This document shows positions 49,748-59,389 of a DNA stretch of 64,000 nt, one piece after another. Numbering within the stretch: position 1 is the first letter of the stretch; every line of letters starts with the position of its first letter. The DNA comes from Pseudomonadota bacterium (GTDB taxonomy: Bacteria; SZUA-182; DTGQ01). Where the stretch lies: NCBI GenBank assembly GCA_030625085.1, contig DAOURK010000009.1, positions 1,237 through 65,236 on the forward strand. The letters run 5' to 3'. The translations under genes were made by a program, and so were the position numbers. The notes under the pieces are model-generated. The model was not told the origin of the DNA. It was given only the letters and a program-made list of their open reading frames with translations, and searched no databases.

Positions 49748-50635
49748 TTAAATTGGTAAAGATCCTTGGGGGGATTTTTTTATTTTAGCAATATACCCTT
49801 CCATTTTCTTTAAACACTTGGTTATCTTTTCAGGGGTTAAGGGCAATCCATTGTTCCGGATCAACTTCATTATATCGGAATCGAAAATATCCTCAACATC
49901 GGGTTTAGGTTCATGAACAAAGCCTGAATATCCAAGTTGATGGCACATCAAATCAGCCAGAAAAATTAAACCGGTCCGCTCCTGATCAACCTTTGCGTGC
50001 TCAGGGTGATGATGATATAAAACCATATTAATTAATTGAGGAGGAAATTTCCATTTTTCCAGTACCTTACCCGCTAAAACCCCATGATCAAATTTTAAAA
50101 TTTTCCGTTCTGCAGATTCAGTTGCCATACCTTCTTGCTCAACTAATTGTAAAATTTGTGTGAATTCCTTTAAAAAATATCGATCCATAAATACCTTGCC
50201 AATATCATGAATCAAACCGCCTACAAAAAGACTCAATCCGGAATCTTGCTTATTACCACATGAATCAGCCAATGTCTTGGCCCCAAATCCACAAAGTAAA
50301 GAATGATTCCATGACCTTAATCGGTTATAATAAGTCCCCCCTTTCTTGAGGTAAATAGAATCAAAAACGGACAAGGCTATGGCTATTGATCGAATCTCAT
50401 CAAATCCTAATATGACTATGGCCCTATCGATATCCCTTACCTGCTCGGTAAATCCATAATAAGCAGAATTAGCCATCTTTATTATCTTGGTGGCAATGGC
50501 CTGATCTGAGTAAATAATTCGACTGAGATCTCTGACAGAAGTTTTTTCCAAAGAGGTAACCCGCAAAATTTCCGCAAAATTAGTTGAAATTGTTGGGATA
50601 TCCTCGATTTTAGCAACAGCCGCATCAATATTCAT
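49748..50635 (-). CDS. HDOD-domain protein
   Basis: DQAIATKIIKMANSAYYG, AIVILG, WNHS, GLIHDIGK, DHGVLAG...W, HHHP. Confidence 0.9.
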   Translation of the reverse strand: MNIDAAVAKIEDIPTISTNFAEILRVTSLEKTSVRDLSRIIYSDQAIATKIIKMANSAYYGFTEQVRDIDRAIVILGFDEIRSIAIALSVFDSIYLKKGGTYYNRLRSWNHSLLCGFGAKTLADSCGNKQDSGLSLFVGGLIHDIGKVFMDRYFLKEFTQILQLVEQEGMATESAERKILKFDHGVLAGKVLEKWKFPPQLINMVLYHHHPEHAKVDQERTGLIFLADLMCHQLGYSGFVHEPKPDVEDIFDSDIMKLIRNNGLPLTPEKITKCLKKMEGYIAKIKKSPQGSLPI

Positions 50636-50670
50636 TTACAATTCCCGCAAAATTTATAAAATAAATTCTT

Positions 50671-52059
50671 TTATTGCTGCAACCCATATTTTTTAATTTT
50701 ATAATTAATGACTCTACTACTAATTCCAAGTAATTTTGCCGCCTTATTCTGCACCCCTCCAGTTTTTTTTAAGGCCTGCGCAATTAACTCTCGTTCAATA
50801 TATTTTAAATTCATACCCCCCGGGGATAAATGAATACTCAACCCTTGGTCATCATCACTTTGTTCATCTCTGCTTATGAGCTTCTTTGTTTTTTGATTAT
50901 TAAAAATTGATAAATCCTCTGGCATAATATATTTATTATTGGCGATTAAAACAGCTCGCTCAATAACATTCTCCACCTCGCGGGCATTTCCAGGCCAGCT
51001 ATATTCTTCAAGCACATTTACACATTCAGGATGAAAACCTACTATTTCGGCTTGCCCATTTTTTTTATATTTATTTAAAAAAAACATGGTCAGAGGAATA
51101 ATATCCTCTTTTCGGTCCCTTAAGGGGGGAATAGTAATAGGCACAACGCTTAATCGATAATACAGGTCCTGACGAAATCTGCCCTCGCTGACATCTTTTT
51201 CCAGGTCCCTGTTTGTAGCTACTATTACTCTTACATTTACTTTGATTGTTTTGTTACTGCCGACTCTTTCAAATTCCTGATTTTGTAAAACCCGCAAAAC
51301 TTTGGCCTGAACTGATTGAGACATCTCTCCGATTTCATCAAGAAATAGGGTGCCGCAATTGGCTTGTTCAAATCGGCCGATTCTTTGACCATAAGCGCCT
51401 GTGAAGGCCCCTTTCTCATGGCCTAAAAGTTCACTTTCCAAAAGATTTTCATTCAAGGCAGCGCAATTCACCGCTACAAAATTCTCTCGACATCGCGTAC
51501 TATTATAATGGAGGGCTGCTGCGATCAATTCTTTTCCGGTTCCTGTTTCCCCTTGTATAAGAATGGTGGAGTCACTTTGAGCTATTTTTTTAACCATAGA
51601 AAGCACATCCTGAAATTTTTCACTAACGCCCACGATATTGTCAAATCTAAAAATATATTTCTGTTTATGAATCAAATACCGGATTTTATGATTTAATTTT
51701 ATATGATCAATGGTATTGTCAATAGTATTGACAAGATTATGCATATTTAACCGCCCCTCTAATATGCTCCATGTATAGGGTCTAATAATTTCCCTATAAT
51801 CATCCAGTTTACTCTGGGACAGTATTAATATCACCGGCATGGTCTCATCAATCATCATAGCCAATTCAAGGATCTTTAAGGATTCTCCGTGCGGAAGATT
51901 ATCACGAATTATTATCAGATGGAATTGTTCACCTTTTATTCTACTTATGGCAGTTCCAGCATTATCAACAATGGCCAATCGTTTATCATCTCCACATATT
52001 GATTGGGCCAAAGTATTCGTAAAAGCAACATCTTGATCAATAACTAAAATCTTCCACAT
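50671..52059 (-). CDS. Sigma-54-dependent activator (NtrC/PrsR-like) with a degenerate receiver domain
   Basis: GETGTGKE, GAFTGA, LFLDEIG, DLYYRL, WPGNARE, Fis-type HTH. Confidence 0.92.
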   Translation of the reverse strand: MWKILVIDQDVAFTNTLAQSICGDDKRLAIVDNAGTAISRIKGEQFHLIIIRDNLPHGESLKILELAMMIDETMPVILILSQSKLDDYREIIRPYTWSILEGRLNMHNLVNTIDNTIDHIKLNHKIRYLIHKQKYIFRFDNIVGVSEKFQDVLSMVKKIAQSDSTILIQGETGTGKELIAAALHYNSTRCRENFVAVNCAALNENLLESELLGHEKGAFTGAYGQRIGRFEQANCGTLFLDEIGEMSQSVQAKVLRVLQNQEFERVGSNKTIKVNVRVIVATNRDLEKDVSEGRFRQDLYYRLSVVPITIPPLRDRKEDIIPLTMFFLNKYKKNGQAEIVGFHPECVNVLEEYSWPGNAREVENVIERAVLIANNKYIMPEDLSIFNNQKTKKLISRDEQSDDDQGLSIHLSPGGMNLKYIERELIAQALKKTGGVQNKAAKLLGISSRVINYKIKKYGLQQ

Positions 52060-52177
52060 TTACTGCCTACTCCCTTAAAACGAAAAACAACTGACATACT
52101 TCCCTGTATAAACTATCGGAATGACCAGGCTTCCTCATCAAAAAGAAATTAGGGATATTTTATTGTAAATGAATAAA

Positions 52178-52278
52178 GATGGCCTCGTAAAAGGTCCAAA
52201 ATTGGGGACTTCGCACAACATAACTTATTGAATTTATGTAACCCAATTTTTGCAAAAATGACTTTTTACGATTGCATC
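52178..52278. mobile_element. About 100-bp MITE-like element (GATGnnnTCGTAAAAAGTC family)
   Basis: TIRs GATGGCCTCGTAAAAGGTC and GACTTTTTACGATTGCATC (15/19 match). Confidence 0.65.
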
Positions 52279-52287
52279 AATAAAAAA

Positions 52288-52331
52288 AATTGGCGATGTC
52301 CTTATTTTTCAATAAGGAATCATCGCCAATT
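52288..52331 (-). terminator. Intrinsic terminator of the repeat-protein gene
   Basis: AATTGGCGATG..CATCGCCAATT hairpin followed by a T-run on the minus strand. Confidence 0.7.
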
Positions 52332-52446
52332 TCAAACGCTAATGATTTAAGGACCTGCTTAATGGCCCCTATTTTCCATGTACACGGGTTAACGCACAAT
52401 ACTAAAAAAAATTGGTGAAATGAAAACTGTAATTTTGGTACAAAAA

Positions 52447-53355
52447 TTAAGTAACAATATCAACTACAACAGGATCAGCAGCTACAGGTGTGGTAGCTCC
52501 GAATAATGTATTAAGATAGGGATTCAACATTCCCATCATACCAAAACCGCCCATTCCGCCCATTCCCATAAAGGGATAATAAGAACTGGTAAGGTCTAGA
52601 TTGGAATTACCAAATAACCCTCCATACATGTAAGGATTCATTCGGCCAAAACCGCCCATTCCTCCCATAAAAGGATAATAAGAACTGGTATCCAACTCCG
52701 AACTACCAAATAATCCTCCATACTGATAAGGATTCATTCGGCCAAAACCACCCATTCCCAAGAATGGACTATAAGTACTCGTCGTATCAGTCTCTGTATT
52801 ACCTAATAATCCACTATACTGATAAGGGTTCATTCGGCCAAAACCACCCATTCCGCCAAAACCACCCATTCCCAGGAATGGACTATAAGTACTCGTCGTA
52901 TCAGTCTCTGTACTACCTAATAATCCACTATACTGATAAGGATTCATTCGGCCAAAACCGCCCATTCCGCCAAAACCGCCCATCCCCATGAATGGATTAT
53001 AAATACTCGTTGTATCAGTTCCTGCACTGCCGAATAATCCGCCATACAGATAAGAGTTCATTCCGCCAAAACCGCCCATTCCGCCAAAACCGCCCATCCC
53101 CATGAATGGATTATAAATACTCGTCGTATCAGTCCCTGAACTGCCGAATAATCCTCCGTATGAGTAAGGATTCATCATTCCCATCATACCACCCAAACCA
53201 TAACCACCCAAACCAAACATACCTCCCATGAAAGGAGAAAATAGGGAACTTAAGTCAGTTGTTGTTGTTTGGGCTTGAGCAGTCCCGAAAGTAAGACAAA
53301 AACATATGGCCATACAAAATACAAAGGTAGCAAGAATACTAATTAACTTTTTCAT
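52447..53355 (-). CDS. Secreted Gly/Met/Phe/Tyr-rich tandem-repeat protein, function unknown
   Basis: Signal peptide ending AQA; about six 32-38 aa units NPYxYGGLFG..DTTS.Y.PFMGMGGFG(GMGGFG)RM; strong SD GGAGG. Confidence 0.8.
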   Translation of the reverse strand: MKKLISILATFVFCMAICFCLTFGTAQAQTTTTDLSSLFSPFMGGMFGLGGYGLGGMMGMMNPYSYGGLFGSSGTDTTSIYNPFMGMGGFGGMGGFGGMNSYLYGGLFGSAGTDTTSIYNPFMGMGGFGGMGGFGRMNPYQYSGLLGSTETDTTSTYSPFLGMGGFGGMGGFGRMNPYQYSGLLGNTETDTTSTYSPFLGMGGFGRMNPYQYGGLFGSSELDTSSYYPFMGGMGGFGRMNPYMYGGLFGNSNLDLTSSYYPFMGMGGMGGFGMMGMLNPYLNTLFGATTPVAADPVVVDIVT

Positions 53356-53637
53356 TTATTATACCTCCTAACCATCAAAAAAATTTAACTATTTTATTCT
53401 CTGTAAATCAAGAATTCCTCTTTCTCCTAATACTCTTAAATCTTCCTATATTTTAAAAATTTATCACCCCCTCACGGCCTACACCTGTAGTTTATTAAGA
53501 TTCAGAATAAAATTGAAGAAAGTCAAATATTAGACGATTTATTGCCCTATCCATTACGCTACAACTCTATTGGTAAGCATCTCCAAATGTATCTCGATGA
53601 ATAATGGATCAATGCCATTAACTTAATGAATTATCCC

Positions 53638-53743
53638 TTGTCATTTCGAGGAGCATTTGCGACGAAAAATCTTTAACCATACAGCACTACAAGATTTTTC
53701 ACGGAGTTTACACTGAATGTAGTGAATATGTTCGAAATGACAA
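53638..53743. repeat. REP/REPIN-like palindrome (TTGTCATTTCGA...TCGAAATGACAA)
   Basis: Perfect 12-bp terminal IR plus internal IR GAAAAATCTT/AAGATTTTTC. Confidence 0.75.
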
Positions 53744-53860
53744 AGGAGCATCGATCAGAGCTTAAGTTAATGACATTGTAGTATGGATTATAAGCTAAAA
53801 TAAGAATTGCCGGATAGGAATGAAAAGGTAACCAATTTAAGATGGACAGGCTAAAATATA

Positions 53861-53886
53861 AATTATGAATTATGAATTATGAATTA
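53861..53886 (+). repeat. AATTATG heptamer tandem (x3.7)
   Basis: aattatgaattatgaattatgaatta. Confidence 0.8.
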
Positions 53887-53949
53887 GTGATCGGCCGGCA
53901 AGCCGCATAAAGAAAATGAAAATTCCTATGCTATAAATTTATCAGGCAA

Positions 53950-54900
53950 TCAAGAAGATGAAGAAGAGATTTTTTCCAGGATCATAAAAGATACAGTTAA
54001 AGCTTCATATCCCTCTTCTCCTGAGACCAGAGGCTTTTGACGAGTAGAGCAGGAATTAAGAAAAGCTTCCAGTTCCGCTCTTAAGGGTTCAACCTTTGCT
54101 ACCGGAATATCATTTCGCATCACACTGAAAGGATAGGTTTTCCCTTCAGTTGTATCCTTCTCAAGGGTACAGGAATATAATAAAGAGTCCGCATAATTGA
54201 GAGAAAAATAAGCATCCTCCTGAAAAATCCTCATTTTTCTTTCCTTTTTCAAAGAAACCCTGCTGGCAGTCACATTGACCAGACAACCATTTTCAAATTC
54301 CAGTCTGGCATTGGCAATATCAATTTTAGGGGAAATAACAGGAACACCCACAGCCTCTATTTTTTTAATCTTTGATTTTACAATGCTCAGGATAATATCA
54401 ATATCATGAATCATAAGATCTAAAACAACATCAACATCTAATACTCGTTCAATAAAGGGAGATATCCGATTGGATTCAATATATCGCGGATTATTAATGT
54501 ATTTTTCCAAGGTTAAAACAGCGCTGTTAAATCTTTCCAAATGACCTATTTGAAGTATTACTTTGTGTTGATGAGACAAATCAAGCAATTCCCGGGCCTG
54601 AGCAAGAGTTGAGGTCATCGGCTTTTCAACCAAAACATCAATCCCTTGACTTACGAGATCTTTGCTGATTTGATAATGTAATATAGTAGGCACGGCAACA
54701 CTTACAGCGTCAACATGCCCAATCAGTTCTCTATAATCAGCAAAGGCATTGGTATTATAGGCATCGGCAATTTCATCCCGCTGTTTTGGGTCAATATCCA
54801 CAACCCCATAAAGATCACAGTTCTCCAGTTCAGAATAGATCCTGGCATGATGCCTCCCCAGATGTCCTACCCCTATAACCCCAACCTTTAATTTATCCAT
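53950..54900 (-). CDS. Gfo/Idh/MocA oxidoreductase, GnnA-like (UDP-GlcNAc 3-dehydrogenase candidate)
   Basis: GVIGVGHLG, VEKPM, GHLERFN, DLMIHDID; directly downstream of lpxA-lpxI. Confidence 0.8.
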   Translation of the reverse strand: MDKLKVGVIGVGHLGRHHARIYSELENCDLYGVVDIDPKQRDEIADAYNTNAFADYRELIGHVDAVSVAVPTILHYQISKDLVSQGIDVLVEKPMTSTLAQARELLDLSHQHKVILQIGHLERFNSAVLTLEKYINNPRYIESNRISPFIERVLDVDVVLDLMIHDIDIILSIVKSKIKKIEAVGVPVISPKIDIANARLEFENGCLVNVTASRVSLKKERKMRIFQEDAYFSLNYADSLLYSCTLEKDTTEGKTYPFSVMRNDIPVAKVEPLRAELEAFLNSCSTRQKPLVSGEEGYEALTVSFMILEKISSSSS

Positions 54901-54928
54901 ATAGAGTATCCATACCTTACCTGTTCAA

Positions 54929-55729
54929 TCATACTGAAACGAGAGAAATTTTATCTTTATTGGCTTCATTAATAACCGCTTCCTGATCAAAAAAGATTGT
55001 CTTCCCGGATTCAATGGCCATAACAGTTGCCCCGGCATCTTTTAAACATTCAATAGTTCTCAAACCAATAACCGGCACATCAAAACGCATGTCTTGTTGA
55101 GGTTTGCTGACCTTGACCACAACCATTCCCTTGCCGCCGATCCGCCCTCCCCTTTTTATTGTTTCATCAGTACCTTCCATCGCTTCCACAGCCACTACAG
55201 TCTTATCCTTTACCACTACAGTCTGTCCAATATCCAGCCCAGCAATTCCCTTAGCAATTTCAAATCCAAAATGAATATCCTTCGTTTCTTTTTTAGTAGG
55301 TTTCCTTTTCGTCATAACACCGGGAGGAGGAAGCAGTGAGGAAAGATAGGTGGTTGAATCCAAAATTTCAATTCCTTCTTTTTCCAATTCATCCGCTACT
55401 GCTCTCAAAACCGAGTCCGCTTTCTTATTAACCATATTTTTTAACAGGCGCAAGGTTCGTAAATCAAGTCTGATCTCACGTAAAATGTTCACATGACCAA
55501 CGTGGCCGACCATGATTGCTTTATTGATTTTCTCGGACTTGAATTCCTTTATTAATTTACTAAAATTTCCAATATCAATCCAGCAAAGCTTATTTACATG
55601 AGGCTGTAAATCCGGCGAGGTAATTTTATTAAAGCCTATGGCTATGGTCTCAAGACCTTGTTTTTTGGCCTCATCAGCCACAATAATAGGGAATTGCCCG
55701 CTGCCTGCGATAAGCCCCAATCTTTCCAT
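54929..55729 (-). CDS. lpxI: UDP-2,3-diacylglucosamine diphosphatase LpxI
   Basis: GLIAGSGQFP, LDIGQTVVV, VEAMEGTD, KPQQDMRFDVPVIG. Confidence 0.92.
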   Translation of the reverse strand: MERLGLIAGSGQFPIIVADEAKKQGLETIAIGFNKITSPDLQPHVNKLCWIDIGNFSKLIKEFKSEKINKAIMVGHVGHVNILREIRLDLRTLRLLKNMVNKKADSVLRAVADELEKEGIEILDSTTYLSSLLPPPGVMTKRKPTKKETKDIHFGFEIAKGIAGLDIGQTVVVKDKTVVAVEAMEGTDETIKRGGRIGGKGMVVVKVSKPQQDMRFDVPVIGLRTIECLKDAGATVMAIESGKTIFFDQEAVINEANKDKISLVSV

Positions 55730-55793
55730 TTCCTATTTATCCCCTTTTCCTCTTTGCGCTTTTCACTTAGTGCCTAAACGAAAACCCCTCTTT

Positions 55794-55876
55794 TTGTCAT
55801 TTCGACTGAAAGGAGAAATCTTTGAATGGCAGTATTTCCAATGGCATAAGATTTCTCGCTCCGCTCGAAATGACAA
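55794..55876. repeat. REP/REPIN-like palindrome, second copy
   Basis: TTGTCATTTCGA..GAGAAATCTT..AAGATTTCTC..TCGAAATGACAA, between lpxA and lpxI. Confidence 0.8.
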
Positions 55877-55904
55877 TTTTGGATAGTTTTCGTTCAGACA
55901 CTAC

Positions 55905-56702
55905 TTATATACAAATTCCCCGAGAAGAACTTTTAACAAAATCAATTAAATGCCGCACTTCCGGAGAATCTATTTCTTCTTCTGTTTCTATCTTCTTAAT
56001 AGCGTCTGAAATATTAAATTCTGAGGATAAAAGGAATCGGTAGGCCCTTTTTATTTTGCTGATTGTCTCCGGGGAAAAACCATTTCTTTGCAGGCCGATC
56101 AAATTTATGCCGAACAATCTTGCTCGATTGCCTACAGCACTCCCATAAGGTGAGACATCTTTGGAGACGGCCGAAGCGCCGCCCACAAAAGCATAATCCC
56201 CAATTCGAGCAAATTGATGAATACAGCTTAATCCCCCGATAATCGCATTATCACTAATAGTGACATGCCCTGCCATGGCCACGCCATTGGCTAAAACGAC
56301 CTGGTTGCCTAATTGGCAGTCGTGGGCAACATGTGAATAAGCCATAAGCATACACTTTTCTCCAATGCGGGTAACTCCACCCCCTCCTTTGGAGCCGCGA
56401 CTCAGCATTACTGATTCTCGAATAATTGTATCCCGGCCTATTATTAACTCGCTCTTTTCTCCCTTGTATTTATAATCCTGGGGCGGTGTGCCCAAACTGG
56501 CAAAGGGGAAAATATGGCAATTTTCCCCTATCTCAGTCCACTTATCGATAAATGCATGTCCCTCTAAGATAGTTCCGCTATGAATTTTGACATGTTCTGC
56601 GATAATACAATAGGGACCAATGGTTACGTTGTTTTCAATTTCAGCTTTTGGATGCACAATGGCTGTCTTATGAATATTCATAAATAAAACCCCGCTAATC
56701 AA
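55905..56702 (-). CDS. lpxA: UDP-N-acetylglucosamine O-acyltransferase LpxA (start possibly MNIHKTA at 56681)
   Basis: IHKTAIVHPKA hexapeptide repeats, PPQDYKY, HVAHDC, HQFARIG, NLIGLQRNGF. Confidence 0.95.
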   Translation of the reverse strand: MISGVLFMNIHKTAIVHPKAEIENNVTIGPYCIIAEHVKIHSGTILEGHAFIDKWTEIGENCHIFPFASLGTPPQDYKYKGEKSELIIGRDTIIRESVMLSRGSKGGGGVTRIGEKCMLMAYSHVAHDCQLGNQVVLANGVAMAGHVTISDNAIIGGLSCIHQFARIGDYAFVGGASAVSKDVSPYGSAVGNRARLFGINLIGLQRNGFSPETISKIKRAYRFLLSSEFNISDAIKKIETEEEIDSPEVRHLIDFVKSSSRGICI

Positions 56703-56804
56703 ACAATAATAAGAACCTCACTACCCAAACACTATTCCTGGTTATACTAAAACTAAAATGAAGATGCCGGTAGTTTCCTCTATATACTAAATACTAACCA
56801 AATA

Positions 56805-57245
56805 CTATTCCTGGTTATATCCTCTGGCTAAAATTATACCCTCAGCCACTAAATTTGATTCCACAAAAGCCTTGGCCCCCAGCTTCCATCCACCGGTATG
56901 GATTTTAAGCGCATCAACTTCCAAGCGAAGTTGATCTCCCGGGATTACCGGTTTGCGAAATTTCACCTTATCCATTCCCATTAAATAAACAAGGGCATGA
57001 CCTTTTTTTACATTCATGGATTTTAAACAGAGAATTCCTCCTGCCTGAGCTAAAGCTTCCATAATTAATACACCGGGCATAACCGGATTATCAGGAAAAT
57101 GACCAAGAAAAAACGGCTCATTAATGGTGACATTTTTTCTTGCCACAATACGTTTTTTCTCTTCAAATTCTATTACCCGATCGATTAGAAGGAAGGGATA
57201 GCGGTGAGGTAAATATTCCAGAATAGTTTTAATATCAAACATCAT
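56805..57245 (-). CDS. fabZ: 3-hydroxyacyl-ACP dehydratase FabZ
   Basis: LPHRYPFLLIDRV, KNVTINEPFFLGHFP..PVMPGVLIMEALAQ, FRKPVIPGD. Confidence 0.96.
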   Translation of the reverse strand: MMFDIKTILEYLPHRYPFLLIDRVIEFEEKKRIVARKNVTINEPFFLGHFPDNPVMPGVLIMEALAQAGGILCLKSMNVKKGHALVYLMGMDKVKFRKPVIPGDQLRLEVDALKIHTGGWKLGAKAFVESNLVAEGIILARGYNQE

Positions 57246-57298
57246 CTTTTTACTCCTTCTCCGTCTTTTGTTCCTTCTTCGAATTATAAAATATCAAG

Positions 57299-57850
57299 CT
57301 AGAGTTTCTCGGTCAGCGTAGAGACATGAAGAGAAACATTTAAAAATTTTTTACGGCCATAATTCGAACGAATATTTGTCTTTTTTATGTAAAGGAGTTT
57401 CCCTGAATTATCAATTTCATAAAGATATTTAGTCAACTCCTCAGTTATCAGTCTATCCATATTTATTTCAACAGTCATTTCATTAGGCAAGAGGGAAGGA
57501 TGTTTTATAGGACGCATGGAAACAATCTTATTTTCAATATTGCACCTCTTAGCCAACTCCTCCAAAAAGGTTAATAACTCAAAATTCGGCCCCCGTTTTT
57601 GAAAGGCCGTATTTATCTCAGCCATTTTATTACGAAGCTCAAAAAACTCGCCACGTAAAGCCACTAATTCCTTTAAATCTTCCTGTCTATTTGGAATGGC
57701 CTTGGCAAGGCTTTTCATATTAGCTATGGCCGGCAATAAATAAATTTGGACAATGAGAAAGAGTATAATTGCAAAAAATACAGATATGAGGATCAGTTTC
57801 TCTTTTGTCCCCAGATGGATATTTGTCTTGATATATTTTGACCACCACAT
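57299..57850 (-). CDS. gspM: GspM-like (type II secretion / PilO-like) bitopic protein
   Basis: REK followed by a single TM, coiled coil, and ferredoxin-like C-terminus (LTKYLYEID..LLYIK). Confidence 0.6.
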   Translation of the reverse strand: MWWSKYIKTNIHLGTKEKLILISVFFAIILFLIVQIYLLPAIANMKSLAKAIPNRQEDLKELVALRGEFFELRNKMAEINTAFQKRGPNFELLTFLEELAKRCNIENKIVSMRPIKHPSLLPNEMTVEINMDRLITEELTKYLYEIDNSGKLLYIKKTNIRSNYGRKKFLNVSLHVSTLTEKL

Positions 57851-57884
57851 TTTTGTCTCAAAAATTCATGAAATTTTAGATAAA

Positions 57885-58664
57885 TTATTCCTCAGAAATT
57901 GTATCATCTTCTGTGGCCTTGCTTACACCTAAGGCTTCCAATTTTTGCTGCGCCTCTTTTAGCATTGGAGAATCGGAAAAAATCATCACAACCTTTTGAT
58001 AGGATTCTTTGGCTCGATCCCACTCCTTTGAATCCTCATAACACCTTCCCAATTCCATAAAAATGGTATCACGCAATAAATAGTCCGGATAATCATCGAT
58101 AACTTTTTGAAAAATATCAATGGCCTTTTGATAATCTTCTTTTGCTTCATAAATATATCCAAGAGAAACAGAAGATTGAAGACTATAGGACCCTTTTGAG
58201 CCATATTTCTCTAAATATTGATTATAGTTAGAAATGGCTTCATCATATTTCTCAGAATAATAGAAAGATTCCGCTTTTAAAAAAAGAGCATCCTCGGCAA
58301 CTGAGGAGGAAGGATATAATACAATGGTTTGATCAAAAGCTTCAATAGCTGCGGTATATTTTTCCTCTTTATTTTTAAACTTCTTCCCGGTTTGCTGCTG
58401 GTTCTGCTCAGGGGCTTCTCCCTCCACAGCAGCATTAAAATTCTGGCTTGCCTCAAAAAAAATCTTGGTAGAGTTCTTGATATCTGCTTTTTGCTTATAC
58501 CGAAATCCCCATACAGCGGACACTACAATTCCAATCCCTATTCCCCCAAAAACAACAAAATTGAAATTCTCTTTAACCCAAATCCTCGCCTTGCTCATGA
58601 ATACAATAAATTCATCATCTTGGGCAAAAAACTGTTTTCGCGTTAATTTCTTCTTAATTTTCAT
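57885..58664 (-). CDS. Membrane-anchored TPR protein (YfgM-like)
   Basis: N-terminal TM followed by multiple TPRs. Confidence 0.75.
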   Translation of the reverse strand: MKIKKKLTRKQFFAQDDEFIVFMSKARIWVKENFNFVVFGGIGIGIVVSAVWGFRYKQKADIKNSTKIFFEASQNFNAAVEGEAPEQNQQQTGKKFKNKEEKYTAAIEAFDQTIVLYPSSSVAEDALFLKAESFYYSEKYDEAISNYNQYLEKYGSKGSYSLQSSVSLGYIYEAKEDYQKAIDIFQKVIDDYPDYLLRDTIFMELGRCYEDSKEWDRAKESYQKVVMIFSDSPMLKEAQQKLEALGVSKATEDDTISEE

Positions 58665-58735
58665 AAATTTTTACGCTCCCTTTCAAATACCGAATATACC
58701 CTCATAAATTCATAATTATTAAAAAATTATTCACA

Positions 58736-59389
58736 TTAACTTATACGACAATGTTCTACTAATTGTTTAGAATTATTAAACGCAGCCTCAACCTGTTTTT
58801 TGTCCATGCCGGCGCCCAAGCCAACCTTCCAGGCCATTTCCTGATCAATAAGATCTGAGGGGTCGTGAGCATCAGTATTAATAACCAGCCCTGCTCCCAC
58901 CTTATGAGCTAGCCGAGCGACATGACCATTGGTTAAAGAATGCCCTTTTCTGGCTGTAATCTCCAAATATATCGATCTTTTTTTAGCCAAAATCACTTCC
59001 TCTTCAGTGATCATACCGGGATGAGCCAAAATATGAATGTCTGCTTGCAAGGCGGCATAATTTGTCCCGGAAACCACAGGTTCAACGGGTGTTTCTCCAT
59101 GTACAACAATCAACTTAGCGCCCAATTTTCTCGACTCTTTAACGAGATCAGAAATATTCTGTGGGGGAACATGAGTTATTTCAACCCCTGGAATGGCAGT
59201 TATGCCATGAGTGCTCGAATACATGGAACAGGCCTTAATCACTCGTGGTATAACATGATCAAAATTGGATTGATCAATATGGTCGGTAATCCCAAGGGCT
59301 GTATATCCCTTTACTTTAGCCCGTCTGATTAGTTCAGCGGGAAGAAGGACACCGTCACTGAATAAAGAATGGGTATGTAAATCTATCAC
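58736..59389 (-). CDS. PHP-family phosphoesterase (histidinol phosphate phosphatase-like)
   Basis: DLHTHSLFSDG, ITDH, GVEITH, ILAHPG, NTDAH. Confidence 0.9.
   Translation of the reverse strand: MIDLHTHSLFSDGVLLPAELIRRAKVKGYTALGITDHIDQSNFDHVIPRVIKACSMYSSTHGITAIPGVEITHVPPQNISDLVKESRKLGAKLIVVHGETPVEPVVSGTNYAALQADIHILAHPGMITEEEVILAKKRSIYLEITARKGHSLTNGHVARLAHKVGAGLVINTDAHDPSDLIDQEMAWKVGLGAGMDKKQVEAAFNNSKQLVEHCRIS

Noticed and set aside
55822-56043. ORF containing RFLAPLEMT
   Set aside because: Translation of the REP-like palindrome; overlaps lpxA.
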